64,000 bases of DNA from Octopus vulgaris (taxonomy: Eukaryota). Location: contig OX597819.1 in NCBI GenBank assembly GCA_951406725.2, positions 66,464,001 to 66,528,000 of the forward strand. The letters run 5' to 3'. This document shows positions 1 through 12,968 of this stretch, piece after piece. The notes below the pieces were generated by a model that saw only the letters and a program-made list of their open reading frames with translations, had not been told where the DNA came from and searched no databases. A program made the translations under genes and the position numbers. The stretch's first letter is position 1, and each line of letters begins with the position of its first letter.

Positions 1-90
1 TATATATATATATATATATATGGATGGAGAGAGAGAGAAAGGGTGTAAGATAAATAGATAGATAGATAAATAGGTAGATAAATATAATAC

Positions 91-129
<39 letters not shown>

Positions 130-1089
130 TATATACAGACATATATATACACACAGGTATATATGTGTGTGTGTGTTCGTGTGTATATATATATATAAAT
201 GTATCTACATTTTCTGTATCTCTATAAAACAGGCATATACTTATAAGTATAAAAAATTGACCCCAATCAAATATATACTATCAATCTCGATCTGTCTATT
301 TCTCTTTTCCTCCTTTCCCCCCTCTCTCTCTTTATACATAGGCGCAAACACACATGCATACACGTGCACGCTCTCACACATACACACATACATACATACA
401 TACATACATACATACATACATACATACATACATACATACACTCATACACACACTCAAACAGAGACATATATGTGTGAAAGGTATTTGTATATTTGTGCGC
501 ATACACACCCAAATGAACACATATTCATAGACTCAAGTACAACTACCTCACCGAGAAGTACCTAATCTTGCGTCAAAACGGAGTTTTACGTTGTTCGTTC
601 TAATACCTAATTCTCCATCCCCAGGCTCTAAGCCGATCAAAATCGGAGCTTGAAGTTCACGAGAATGTGTGAGAATACGTACAGATGCTTAAATACTTCT
701 CTAAGATTATCAATTGACAACTGTTACGTTAACTAACGTAGGAGCTTTGCTAAACTCTGCGATACGTATGCAGTGTATTATTTGTATGGCGAGTGGGTTT
801 GGTACATGGTATGAGTCAAATGATGACGCGTAGGTTGGAATGGAAAGAAATATGTTTTCTGAACTGGATTTGTTATTTCATTAATCAAAATTGATTTTTT
901 TTCTTGTCACCAGTCACTGTAAAATCCCGCTCAATTCTCCATCAGCACTAGGTTAACATTGTTGTTCGAAAAGCAACGTATTGTACAGTGGTAGTGGGTC
1001 TCCGTCCGCTTTTTGATTGTCAGGATTTTCTCATTAGATCCACGGAATAATCTGCGCCCGAAGAAACTCGGCTTTAACGATAACGTTGG

Positions 1090-1265
1090 AGGGTGCGGTT
1101 AAGTATTCTGAGAGTTCTTCCAGTGTGTTTACGTTCTGAGTTCAAATCCCCTAAATGCAACGTTGTCTTTTATTTTTCTGTGGCCGGAAAAATAAATCAG
1201 TTAAGGATGAGAATAGATGATATTCATTAAAGCCTAGATTACAAAACTTCTGACTTTGCCTCTGA
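1090..1265 (+). mobile_element. Degenerate tRNA-derived SINE (family A)
   Basis: TTTACGTTCTGAGTTCAAATCCC matches the B-box block of the better-preserved copy at 6531; the rest is diverged. Confidence 0.5.
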
Positions 1266-1271
1266 ATTATT

Positions 1272-1715
1272 ATATATCATATCTCAACCCTGTTCTGTTA
1301 AGCTCACTTGTAAGGGGTATTAGGGCTAGGCAGAAAACTAAAGGTGAAAATTAGTCACCTTGGAAAATGGCGCAGTTGATATTAATAAATTTTGTGCTCA
1401 GTTCTCTAGTAGGGTTCTATAATTAGTGATTGATATGTTATGCTTCAGAAAGCTTGAAATAACAGGAGGAATTTTGAAGATATCCAGCGCTTTCAAGATC
1501 ATGAATGCGGTGTACTGTCGATGGGTTTTTATAATTAATCCATGAAGACCTTGAAGACCTGAGATTTCTGCGTTTGTTATGAGAGTTATGAAGGATCAAT
1601 TGAGAGTTAGTGTTTGCACCCATATGAAATTCGTCGGCACCCTTTTTATTTAGTGTGGAAACTATCGTTCTGTTCCATAAATTTGTGTTTTCTCCACGAT
1701 GATGGATGTTAAAAT
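1272..1715 (-). pseudogene. Decayed reverse-transcriptase fragment of an R4/Dong-like non-LTR retrotransposon
   Basis: Manual minus-strand translation across frameshifts gives KGCRRISYGCK, SWINYK..DS.PHS.ILKALDIFKIPPVISSFLKHN and INCAIFQGD*FSPLVFCLALIPLTSELNRTG. These match the RT motifs EQKGC, DYKKAFDSVPH and GIFQGDSLSP. Confidence 0.75.
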
Positions 1716-1750
1716 TTTATACTTGGTAGACAAATATGTTTTTTGTTTTG

Positions 1751-1839
<89 letters not shown>

Positions 1840-1845
1840 TTTATT

Positions 1846-2397
1846 GAGTGAGAGAGCAGTTCATGCCATCAAAGTGACACTGGGGTAAAATATACGAAGC
1901 CCAATATACCCGTCATGACTACCCGTCTGATAAGGGTACACCAAGTATATGCATCACAACCATATGTGCCAGACATGGTGATCTCATAAAAAGATAAACA
2001 GAACATGACCTTGCAGGTGGGGCCCAGTTAGAATTTTCTTCAGGTTGAGTAGCCCATCCCGCTCAAAAGGTCCATGAATAAGGGTTGTTTAAGGATGTTG
2101 AACGAAACACCCATGTTTCCAGCAGTGAATTATCCAAACTCCAAAGAATTCCTCTCAACACATGGCTATGATGCTCCCCCAATATTCTGCTCGTGATCAG
2201 AGATGAACATATCGTCAGCCACCAAGGGACATGCTCAACTGGTTAAGGTCAAACAACTGACAAGCAAATCTGTGGTATTGAGCAGAATATTTGCTGTAGC
2301 CCATCTTTTATACCAAGACAAAACAATGTACATGATAACACTTCCAATCAGTTAAGATCAGAAGCCATGAGAGCCACTGTCTGGTACTGCGTCAGGG

Positions 2398-2400
<3 letters not shown>
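1846..2400 (-). mobile_element. ~555-bp non-coding interspersed element inserted in (TAA)n
   Basis: Flanked on both sides by (TTA)n. A second, truncated copy lies at 28300-28439, also inside (TTA)n. Strand is inferred from which end the truncated copy keeps. Confidence 0.75.
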
Positions 2401-2485
<85 letters not shown>

Positions 2486-2993
2486 TTATATTTGACTTTT
2501 GCTTTACATTTGGACAAGTTGGCTCCAAGTCTCACCCAGAGACCTCAAGAGACAACAAGTTAGAAGTTCATGTTGGTGTTATACCTAGGGTGTCATATAT
2601 TTGGTTTTGTGTATAGTGTTGTTTTAGAGAATGTTTAAGAAACTACAAGAAGATTATTTGTTTTAAAACTTGAGATTACATAGAAAGTATTATGCGTAGG
2701 ATATGAGCAGTTCCCATGAGTACTATCTTTTGAATTTCAGCCATTTTGGGATTTCCTAGTATCTGAGCCAGGTAGCAATTAGCCACTTTTGCTATCATGC
2801 CCAGGGCACCTATGACAACAGGTTATTTTAGTCTTCAGGTTTCACATTTTGCTAATTTATATTTCAAGATCTTTATACTTACTCAGTTTTTGGTAGGTCT
2901 TGACAGATACGTTTATATCGATTGGGACAGTCATATCAATGAGGAGGTATGGTTTTCCTCTGAAATCTTTCAATATGATGTCTGGCCTATTTG

Positions 2994-2995
<2 letters not shown>
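2486..2995 (-). mobile_element. 5'-truncated R4/Dong-like LINE: restriction-like endonuclease C-terminus plus 3' UTR
   Basis: Translation ANRPDIILKDFRGKPYLLIDMTVPIDINVSVKTYQKLSKYKDLEI, then after a stop and a frameshift PVVIGALGMIAK...AEIQKIVLMGTAHILRIILSM* (stop 2676-2678). RPD..D..K..KY is the RLE signature. Embedded in (TAA)n. Confidence 0.9.
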
Positions 2996-3090
<95 letters not shown>

Positions 3091-3142
3091 GCTGTTGTTG
3101 TTGTTATTGTTGTTGTTATTATCATTATTATTATTATTATTA

Positions 3143-3174
<32 letters not shown>

Positions 3175-3187
3175 GTTGTTGTTATTA

Positions 3188-3222
<35 letters not shown>

Positions 3223-3410
3223 GCGAATTTCCTCCTCATCCTCATCATCACAATCATCTTCATCATAATCATCAGTGTTGTCGTCGTCATCATCATCATC
3301 ATCGTCATCATCGTCATCGTCGTCATCATCATCATCGTCATCATGATTATTATCATCATCATCATCATCATCATCGTCATCATCATCTTCATCAATATCA
3401 TCTTTATTGT
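2996..3410. repeat. Compound trinucleotide microsatellite (TTA/TTG/TCA/TCG)n
   Basis: Direct reading of the sequence. Confidence 0.95.
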
Positions 3411-3798
3411 CGCTGCTGCTGTACGTTTTGGTGGTGGTCGTGATGGTAATCGTGTTTGTACTAATATCTTTTTCTGTATTTTCTCTTCTTGCATCCTGTC
3501 CAGACAAGATGTATTACATATCGTTTCCAGGATTTCATTTTGTTGATTTCTGTTTTTTCTTCTTTTTTTATTTAATTTCAGAGGTTTCCTGCGTGACCTC
3601 CTGCCGAAACTTTAGTCCAAAGTTGAGAAACTTTTAGTTCACTCAATAAATTCCGGCAGAAAAAGAAGCAAAAAAAAAATAACGAACTCATTTTGATTGA
3701 ATTTGCTTAAATTCATTGCGAAATGAAGAGAAGAGGTACAGATAGAGAGACAAAGATAAGCAGACATAGACAATGAGAGGGTGAGAGAGGGAGAGAGC

Positions 3799-3988
3799 GC
3801 GATCCAAAGACTACTCTAAGAGAGAGAGCGATCCAAAGACTACTCTAAGAGAGAGAGAGAGAGAGCGATCCAAAGACTACTCTAAGAGAGAGAGAGAGGG
3901 AGAGAGAGCGATCCAAAGACTACTCTAAGAGAGAGAGAGAGGGAGAGAGAGCGATCCAAAGACGACTACTCTAAGAGAGAGAGAGAGA
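3799..3988. repeat. Minisatellite: 5 copies of GCGATCCAAAGACTACTCTAA separated by variable (GA)n
   Basis: Copies start at about 3799, 3828, 3865, 3908 and 3951; the last carries an extra GAC. Confidence 0.9.
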
Positions 3989-4419
3989 TAAATAAAGGAC
4001 GAAAGAAAAGAAAGAAAGAAAGAAAGAAAGGAACGAACGAACGAACGAAGCGAGTAAGAATAAATGATCGAATGAAATAGTAGGTTAATGACCATCGCAT
4101 TCAAAGTATTGCGAAACGACTCTGTATACAGCAGAAAATGGAATAAAATATTCTTAAAGATTGGATTGATATCTTAAAAGAAAAAAAGAGTGACGTTTCT
4201 GAAGGCGTTGGCACTACTAGAAGTCATTTGGTTGAAGCTGTTACCAGTAACATCAACGACAAAAATAGCAGAGACAACTCTTACACGCTAAAGTATTTTG
4301 CCAAATGGGGTTAATTTTGCAATTTAATTTCTGTATCTGAACACCTTCATTTAGTTACAAAATAAATTTTACATCCAAAAGTCTATATACATGCATACAT
4401 ACATACATACATACATACA

Positions 4420-4455
<36 letters not shown>

Positions 4456-4460
4456 TATAT

Positions 4461-4618
4461 AATTAAAGTCAAAATGAGGGTGAAAAAATTGGATATTAAT
4501 TTAATAACATCAAGTTAAACTCCAGTGGCCTAGCGTATAAAAGACTGAGATTCAGTAAATATTATTAATACACAAATATGAGAGAGAGCGTCCACATAGT
4601 GGATTCTATCTCATATTC

Positions 4619-4620
<2 letters not shown>
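4461..4620 (-). mobile_element. 3'-terminal fragment of the HHR/PLE-associated repeat superfamily, in (TA)n
   Basis: Minus strand CTAGGCCACTGG...CACCCTCATTTTGACTTTAATT resembles the 486-unit end CTAGGCCGCTGG...CACCCTATATTGATTAATT. Confidence 0.5.
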
Positions 4621-4668
<48 letters not shown>

Positions 4669-5488
4669 CAATCAGAATTTAATTTCCTTTTTTTTTCATC
4701 TTTGCTTCGTAGATATTCACTAAAAGGTTATTAAATATGTCTCGAGTTGCAATCGCCCGATACAAACAAGGAAAGGAAGACAAGAATATCTGCTTCATTA
4801 GTACCTTATTTCTCCAGTACACTTGCCTGGATATCAGTAGAATAGGAAACTCTGCAGATGAGACAGAGAAGGAGGCTAAAGCTAATGGCTATACTTCCAA
4901 GAAATAATAACAACATTTTTATCCAGCTCAAGTGCTAGACTTATATAAAAGTGTCCTTAAATAATCAGTCAGATGTAAATAATCAGGTACGTACAGGATT
5001 GAATATTTTTTTCTCAGATCTCATTGTTGATAATTTCTTATCATACGCCCGCGATAATCCCATCCACAACAACAACAACAACAACAACAACAACAGCAAT
5101 ATCAGCCATGACAAAAACAAACAAAACCAGGCGAAACTAGAGAGACTTGAGAGTGGAGAAAGTACCTCGTATCTAGAATGAACCACTCTATATATGCAAT
5201 TAACTTCAGTACACTAGATTATGCAGTATGTGCCTCAAATCGGTTGAGTCACGTATCTAAAACAATAATTGGTCCTACCTATTTGGTCGCTCGAATTACC
5301 TGCATGCCTACAAAACTCGGTGAGAAGAGATCAGATAGCCTCAAGGCGAGGGAAGTCTATTTCTGTATCTCGCTCATTGTGCCCCATCTATGAAAAGTAA
5401 AATTGAATTAAATAATTTGTCTTTAAAAGCCAAATCCAAATGCCAGTTGATTCCATTTTGGCAAGTTCACTAATTAATTTATTCTCAG

Positions 5489-5548
<60 letters not shown>

Positions 5549-5590
5549 AATATTATTATTATTATTGTTGTTGTTGTTGTTATTATTATA

Positions 5591-5625
<35 letters not shown>

Positions 5626-5630
5626 CATTA

Positions 5631-5671
<41 letters not shown>

Positions 5672-5751
5672 GCTATTATTATCATCTTCTACACTACTGT
5701 TAGGCATCTATATATGCACATATGTAACAATATATATATATATATGTAACA

Positions 5752-5786
<35 letters not shown>

Positions 5787-6024
5787 CATTCAGACGTGTA
5801 TATATACATTGTATGACGATAGTAGACAGTTGATCTGCAAAATATACTGAAAATAAATAAAAAAATACAGCACTTATTTAACATTACAACCAGAACAGGC
5901 ATAATTAAAAAAAGTGAAGCAATGCAATTTTTCCAAAAACAAATTGCAAGCTTAATTTGGGCACGACCCAAATAGAACAAACTGCGAAAGAAAGGTCAAT
6001 TGAATTAAAAAGAAATTATAGCAT

Positions 6025-6407
6025 TAAAAAGAGCACTCAGAGATCACAAACCTCCGCCATGGCAACACCAACGTTTTCGCAACGATTAGGTAGAAATGAT
6101 TTTTAAAATGAGATTATCTCAATTACCTCGACTGCTCTCACAAACGAGACTACTAAAAATGAACCCGACTGTCCTCAAAAATTAAGTAAAATTAACCGGA
6201 AAAATAATATAGAATCCTTGTCTGGTACCACATCGATTCCCAAATCTAATCAGTTCGAGCCAGTTATGAGGTCAAATATTCCTGAAGATTTTATCCGAAT
6301 CCATCCAGCAGTTCTTGAGATATTTTATCCACGGACAAGCAAACAAACGAACAAACGAAAAAACACGACTGAAAACAATACTTCCGCCTTCGCTAAGGAG
6401 GAGTTAA
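6025..6407. mobile_element. Non-autonomous Helentron-like (HINE/DINE-type) element
   Basis: Starts AAAAAGAGCACTCAGAGATCACAAACCTCCGCCA and ends with the hairpin CTTCCGCCTTCGCTAAGGAGGAG, which echoes the subterminal CCTCCGCC. A partial inverted copy lies at 15965-16103. Confidence 0.6.
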
Positions 6408-6530
6408 AATTAGAAAACGTCTGATGTGTAACCAAATATGATGGTAAAGTAGTTTATTTAAGAAGATATCGCTATTAACCTATTTAAACTTATTCTTTTA
6501 CACTCATCTAATATTATTTGTATGTAGATA

Positions 6531-6909
6531 AGGTGGCGAGCTGGCAGAAACGTTAGCACACCGGGCGAAATGCTTAGCGGTATTTCGTCTGTCGCTATGT
6601 CCTGAGTTCAAATTCCGCCGAAGTCGACTTTGCCTTTCATCCTTTCGGGGTCGATTAAATAAGTACCAATTACGCACTCGGGTCGATGTAGTCGACTTAA
6701 TCCGTTTGTCTGTCCTTGTTTGTCTTCTCTATGTTTAGCCCCTTATGGGTAGTAAAGAAATAGGCATTTCGTCTGCCGCTACGTTCTGAGTTCAAATTCT
6801 GCCGAGGTCAACTTTTCCTTTCAACTATTCGGAATCGATTAAATAATTACCAGTTACGTACTGGGGTTGATGTTATCGACTAGCCTTGTTCCTATAGTAG
6901 AAATGATTA
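6531..6909 (+). mobile_element. tRNA-derived SINE family A, with internal partial dimer
   Basis: A-box-like TGGCAGAAACGTT, B-box GAGTTCAAATTCC and central GCCTTTCATCCTTTCGGGGTCGA; the body is repeated from about 6762. Confidence 0.9.
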
Positions 6910-7181
6910 TATCTAAGTAGGTATGAGTGAGTGTGTGTATGCGCGTGTATATATGCATGCATGTATGTGTGTGCATACGTATAAGCATTCTTGTGAGTAT
7001 CTGTACGCAGGTGGATGTGGTATACATATCTAAAGGCTGGAGTGGTAGAGAAAGGATGACTAAAAGAGAAGAGCGTACGGTAGATATAAATATGGACATT
7101 AATTATAACCCAACTTACTTTTGCGAATACACACACACACACACACACACATACACACTCATACATACATATATATATATG

Positions 7182-7228
<47 letters not shown>

Positions 7229-7229
<1 letters not shown>

Positions 7230-7629
7230 ATTATCATTTCTACTATAGGCACAAGGTCTGAAATTTAACGGGTTGGGGTCCAGTCGATTACTTCAACCCT
7301 AGTACGCAACTGGTTCTTAAATCACCGACTCCGAAAGATGAACGGCAAAGTCGACCTCGGCAGAATTCGAACTCAGAACGTAAACACATGAAATAGGTAT
7401 TTCTTTATTACCCACAAGGGGCCAAATATAGAGGGGACAAACAAGGATAGACAAATGTATCAAGTCGATTACATCGACGCCAGTGCGTAACTGGTACTTA
7501 ATTTATCGACCCCGAAACAATGAATGGCAAAGCCGACCTCGGCGGAATTTGAACTCAGAACGTAGTGGCAGACGAAATACTGCTAAGCATTTCGCCCACC
7601 ACGCTAACGATTCTACGAGTTCACCTTTG
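7229..7629 (-). mobile_element. SINE family A
   Basis: Reverse complement of the 6531 element, with the same partial-dimer layout. Confidence 0.9.
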
Positions 7630-7674
7630 ATATATATATATACACTAATTTATATATATAGAGAGAGAGACAGT

Positions 7675-7938
7675 GAAAGCGCGTAATTCAGTGGTTAGGG
7701 TATTTGGCTCACGGTATTCCCGGCGACGCGTTGTGTCCTTGAGCAAAACAATTTATTTCACATTGCTCCAGTCCACTTAGCTGGCAAAAATGAGTACCAC
7801 CTGTATTTCAAAGGACCAGCCTTATCACATTCTGTGTCACGCTGAATCTCCCTGAGAACTACATTAAGAGTACACGTGTCTGTGGATTGCAAGCTGCTCC
7901 GTTGGCACCCACCTCGTCGTAATCGACGGAGTACCCCT
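7675..7938 (+). mobile_element. tRNA-derived SINE (head shared with 43167 copy, tail shared with 26150 and 49033 copies)
   Basis: CAGTGGTTAGGG head, TTGTGTCCTTGAGCAAAAC centre, TGTCACGCTGAATCTCCCTGAGAACTAC tail. Confidence 0.8.
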
Positions 7939-9244
7939 TTATATATTAAAACAAATAAACTTGTCTTACAGCTGTTTCCAGTGGTCATTATTAGGTACAT
8001 TACTGATAAGTTTACTCAACTGATCTATGGATCAACTGAAGCAAATTCAACGACCTAACAAAATTAATGTAAATTTCACCTGAGTCATTTCTCCTCATAA
8101 CGAGCAGAGCACTGAAGGAATGGCAATTGCGTACGGAAGGTGGGAGTAGAATGGAATGGTCAAGTAGAATAGAGAACAGGGGAAGAAAGCTTACAAATGA
8201 GTGGAAACTGGAAAGGTGATGGTAAAGGTATTACTGGAGGCGGGGGTATTGTATTGCCTAATTTGCTCACTCTTTGTTATATATATATATATACAGATTT
8301 ACAATATCCGTCATATATGCCACATCAATTTGATTGATTAAAGTTTTGTTTCCTCTTGCAGCAGTAAAATTCGAAATGAATTTGAACACCTCTCTTTTTA
8401 CTTTTTACATTTTTTCTCTCGTAATATCACCTTTACTCGTGAATCTTTTACAGGAAGCATATGAGTGTATTTCTCTAAAGGTGACATCACAAATATCAAG
8501 TTTTGCATCTCCTACACACACTTTCCTAAGCTGATGCCACACATAAGTTAAAAGATTTTCCTAGCGAGAAATTTGACAGAACTTGCACATCTTATTTTTT
8601 GCCAACGCAAGCAGCCTTTAACGTTCCTCAGAGGCATTCAGCAATCACACATTTTTCGCTTCTGCTTTTCCGATTGAAAAACTATGTCTTCTAATGGAAA
8701 GAAAACTCAATTCTCACAAAGATTATGTGGGCATTGAGTTCCTTAGTAATATGTTCCAAATCTCATTTAAGCTTGGAAATGCAACAGAAAGTAATTCTCA
8801 GCTTTCCGTAATTCTTCACATAATTCTTGTAGGAGTCGTATTACTGGTTTTCTCGATAATGTATGGACGCCAAATCCTTCTCCTACATTTCCAGTTTCTA
8901 ATTTTCAGACCCAAATGTATTTGTGCACTAACGACTAGCGAAAAATATATCTTTTTTCGTTTAGTTTCTGCTGTTAATATTTGTTGCATTCGTTGCAAGT
9001 ATCAGCACTGACGCCCGTTTTCAGTGTTTCTGTTGTCGTTATTATTACCAGCGTCTATATTACACTCGATGCTTTTTCTCCCTGTTATTTTTATATTTCC
9101 AAGTATGTTGAGTGAGTGTGTGTTGAACTAAATGTAGCAACTAACGACGCTATTATTTCGGCAATTATTCACAAAACTCGAAATAATAGTATTCTTTTAT
9201 TCCTCCTCAGATCGACAAAATTACCCACTACCATTTTTATGCGT

Positions 9245-9298
<54 letters not shown>

Positions 9299-9402
9299 CA
9301 CCATTTTTCAGAATAAGAATCTAAAATGTATTTCTACCTTGAAGGCAGGCGAAAACAAATTGCATTATATCGTCAGCTACATAAGGACTGTGTATATATA
9401 TA

Positions 9403-9462
<60 letters not shown>

Positions 9463-9539
9463 TGTATATATATATGTATATATATGTATATATATTATAT
9501 ATATGTATATATATATATGTATGTAATATATATATATAC

Positions 9540-9592
<53 letters not shown>

Positions 9593-10409
9593 CATACATG
9601 TATGTATATATGTATGTATGCATGCTTGTATGTATATATACATTACGCCCCCTTATGCGTCATTCATATGATAATAATATCTTATAGAAACCAAATCTAA
9701 TTTCGAAGCAGTCTAAATCGATGATGGTTGCATTATACTCCACAAAAATCAAAGTTCACAACAGTGAATAAGTTGTTCTGGAATACAGATATATTCTACC
9801 ATTTTGGGCTCCAAATTTCTTCTCCTAAACGGATCCTTATCATACGTATTATGCCTTCCCTCTCTGAAAGATACAATAGCCCATTCGATTTTGCGATTAT
9901 TCTGCGAATATTTCTAGGACAAAATATTATAAAACAAATGATAGGTCTTATAGCGATATTTCTTTCTTTGGGGAAAAAAAATTAGTACATAAAATAGTGC
10001 ACACACACACACACACACTCATACAGAAACACTCATGCATACATACACAGAAACACACACACACGCACGCATATATATAGATGTGTGTATGTGTGTGGTA
10101 TACACTACACATACACACACAAACACATATGTTATCGGCATGTTCATATATCAGAATGCACCAGGAAATAATTTGGCCGCTGATATTACAAGCAAAAGCC
10201 ACGAACTATTGTTGCTGTCATTACTTCGGAATGCATTTGACTGAAGTGACAGAACAATGTCGAAACACCAGATGTTCGCACATTTCACTAATGCTCATCT
10301 CCAAAGACGACGTACAACAGTGATTAACTTATTCACGTTCAAATTTGCCGGAACATATTCAGAGAAAACAGGAAAATCATCATCGTTATTATATCTGTGT
10401 GTGTGTATG

Positions 10410-10447
<38 letters not shown>

Positions 10448-10644
10448 AGTACTTGAATGAATTATCTTATTATAGATAATTCGGTTAACCGATACCTGGG
10501 TAGCAAATTCACATTCAGAAAAACACGGTTGAAGCTACATGCCAAGGGCAGAGATTACGAGCTTTCGTGTGGAAATTTGTGTGTTTTTTTAATACAAATA
10601 AATAAAAGAATGGAGTTGAACGACGAATTAACAGAATTCCTTTA

Positions 10645-10727
10645 TTCTCGACATATGTTTCGAAGGCCGCATATTCCTAATTTCGAAGGAATAAGGGGTG
10701 CATTATGCCGCCTTCTCATCAGGAAAA
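10645..10727 (-). ncRNA. Type I hammerhead ribozyme motif
   Basis: Minus strand reads TTTTC-CTGATGA-GAAGGC..(hairpin)..GCCTTC-GAAA-CATATG-TC-GAGAA. The core is intact, with a 6-bp stem II, palindromic helix III and a GUC site. It lies inside a ~10446-10985 element ending in (TA)n. Confidence 0.85.
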
Positions 10728-11143
10728 AACAAGGAACTTATGTCAGCATCAAGATGAACAAAAACTTTTAGATGACTGCCAACACGGAGCCCATAGCGAT
10801 AATGAGTGTTTCTTTAAAATATTCCGTTATAAGCAGTAACGTCAAAAATGGTTGAATGTGGAAGATTCTAGAAGGTTCAAGGGTTCAAACAAGGTTGGAG
10901 GAGAGAGGTCTAAGAATAGGAAGGTGACAGGGTGCAAGTCATATGAATGGTGATTTGTTGTTTTCTTTTGTGATTGAGTGCCTATGTGTGTGAGCCACTC
11001 CTACGCTTTATGATTTTTTAACATTCAAAAGTACTTTGTAATGTTTATAAAGTTCAATTAGCGTTTTCACACGTTCATACTAATCATCAGATTTCAAAAT
11101 GAATTTAGTTGACAGTTGAGTTTCTTGACAACTGTAGCACCTA

Positions 11144-11193
<50 letters not shown>

Positions 11194-11256
11194 GAGAGAG
11201 AGAGAGAGAGAGAGAATATGAGAAGTGTCTACAGATGCATAGAAAGAATTTATATC

Positions 11257-11665
11257 TACAAGGTTGAGCTTAAAATTTCAAAGGCTGACACCTCGAAGAA
11301 CTCCTGAGCAGAGTAAATTCTATAGTCTCAATTGATCGCACTTGGAAATCCAACAGGAAGTGCAATTACGGTTGCTTCTGATAGGACCCTATGGAGATTG
11401 TCTTTGACAAATTTATACACCCAAGACGCTCCTAGGGATGGAGGGGGGAGAAAATTGATAGATGCATACAAATAACTAATATAAAAATAAAAAATAATAC
11501 AAAGAAAATAAGACAAAGGAAATAACTGAAATCGTGTCGACTTTTTAAATAAAACCAGCCTCGTTCATTACCAACTTGAAAATTAGTATCCAGTGAAAGA
11601 AGATTAGGTGATAAGGACATCGATGGGATCATAATTCTGGAAGTATTAATGGAGCAATGCCCTAA
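11257..11665 (+). mobile_element. Decayed mariner-like remnant
   Basis: TIR-like TACAAGGTTGAGCTTAAAATTTCAAAGGCTGAC, and weak resemblance near 11580-11645 to the K..Q.SAGKVM..FWD region. Confidence 0.35.
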
Positions 11666-11668
11666 AAA

Positions 11669-12130
11669 ATGATGATGATGATGATGATGGGGTCAATCAT
11701 GCCGCTGCTGTGATGCTGTTGCAGTTGATGATCATGATGAAGATGATGAAGATGATGATGATGATGGGAATGATGATCATGATGACAATGATGATAATAG
11801 TGCAGATGATGATGATGTTGATGATGATGATGATGATGATGATAATTATGATGATGATGATGATGACGATGACGACGATAATGATCATGATGACGATGAC
11901 GACGACGACGGCGATGATGAAGATGATGAATACGATGATAACGACGACGACGATGACGAGGGAGAGTAGAACCACGACAGCGACCAACATCACTTCGATG
12001 AATACGATGGTGATACTAATGGCTGGAGTTGTGGTGATGGTGGTGTTGGCACATTATAGTTTGGTGCTGGTATTAAAGACGGTGACACCGAGATAACACG
12101 AAGATGGCGACATCGATGATGGTGAAGACG
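11669..12130. repeat. Degenerate (GAT/GAC)n microsatellite
   Basis: Direct reading of the sequence. Confidence 0.9.
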
Positions 12131-12595
12131 GTGTACATGTACACATAAAGTAGAAGTACACGAAAGAAACTATCCAACGATATGAAAATGATGAGTTGGC
12201 TGAATTAGAAGACAAACGAATAAAAGAAACAACATTTGGACTATATTTTATTTTGTAAAACAACAACTACGGCTTGTGTTTAAGTAATTTCTTTTTATTC
12301 ATAATATAGCAACGTACCATATTTTATGCTTTTATTACCTTTGGTTGTCATTCTGCTTTTGTTTTAATGCATTGAAATGGATAAAATGAAAGGATTAGCA
12401 ATAGACAAGATGGCGCGCTAGAAATAAGAATTGGCGAAAAGTAGAAGCAAAATTTAAGAATACAAAATAATTAGGATATTTAGTTCTAGTTTCCTAGTTT
12501 AGTATTCTGATGTTTAAAACAGAACTAAAATTCTTCAGCGAAACTCATGAAATGCATCAGACATTTAGTCTTGTATATATTGCATAAATGTAGTC

Positions 12596-12654
<59 letters not shown>

Positions 12655-12658
<4 letters not shown>

Positions 12659-12885
12659 TAATTTAGGGTATCAAAGAGACACCACCACGCTGGAAATGGC
12701 AGCCAAAACTTGACACTAAAACCAACCACAATAAATGTTCATATAGCACCAGGAGAGAAAACAAAAAAAACAAAGTAAACTAGCAAAACTTTACTGGATA
12801 ATTCCAGATCCCGGATATCTGACTCAGCATAAGAAATGCTTTGCGTCATCAGTGGAATATACACAGATAGCACATAAAAAACAAA
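12655..12885 (-). mobile_element. Short HHR-like element in (TA)n (variant HHR at 12801-12858)
   Basis: Minus strand reads ATTCCA-CTGATGA-..AGCAT/ATGCT..-GATA-TCCGGGA-TC-TGGAAT, followed by TTTTCTCTCCTGGT, TTGGCTGCCATTTCCAG and CCCTAAATT, as in the 486-nt unit. Confidence 0.6.
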
Positions 12886-12900
12886 TATATATATAATATA

Positions 12901-12965
<65 letters not shown>

Positions 12966-12968
<3 letters not shown>

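Noticed and set aside
2797-3546. Long ORFs (249, 216 and 174 aa) of poly-I/V/N/D/L
   Set aside because: They are translations of trinucleotide microsatellites. Only the RPD..KY tail is real, and it belongs to the Dong-like remnant.
3799-3988. CRISPR-like repeat-spacer pattern
   Set aside because: The spacers are only (GA)n of variable length, there are no cas genes, and the context is eukaryotic.
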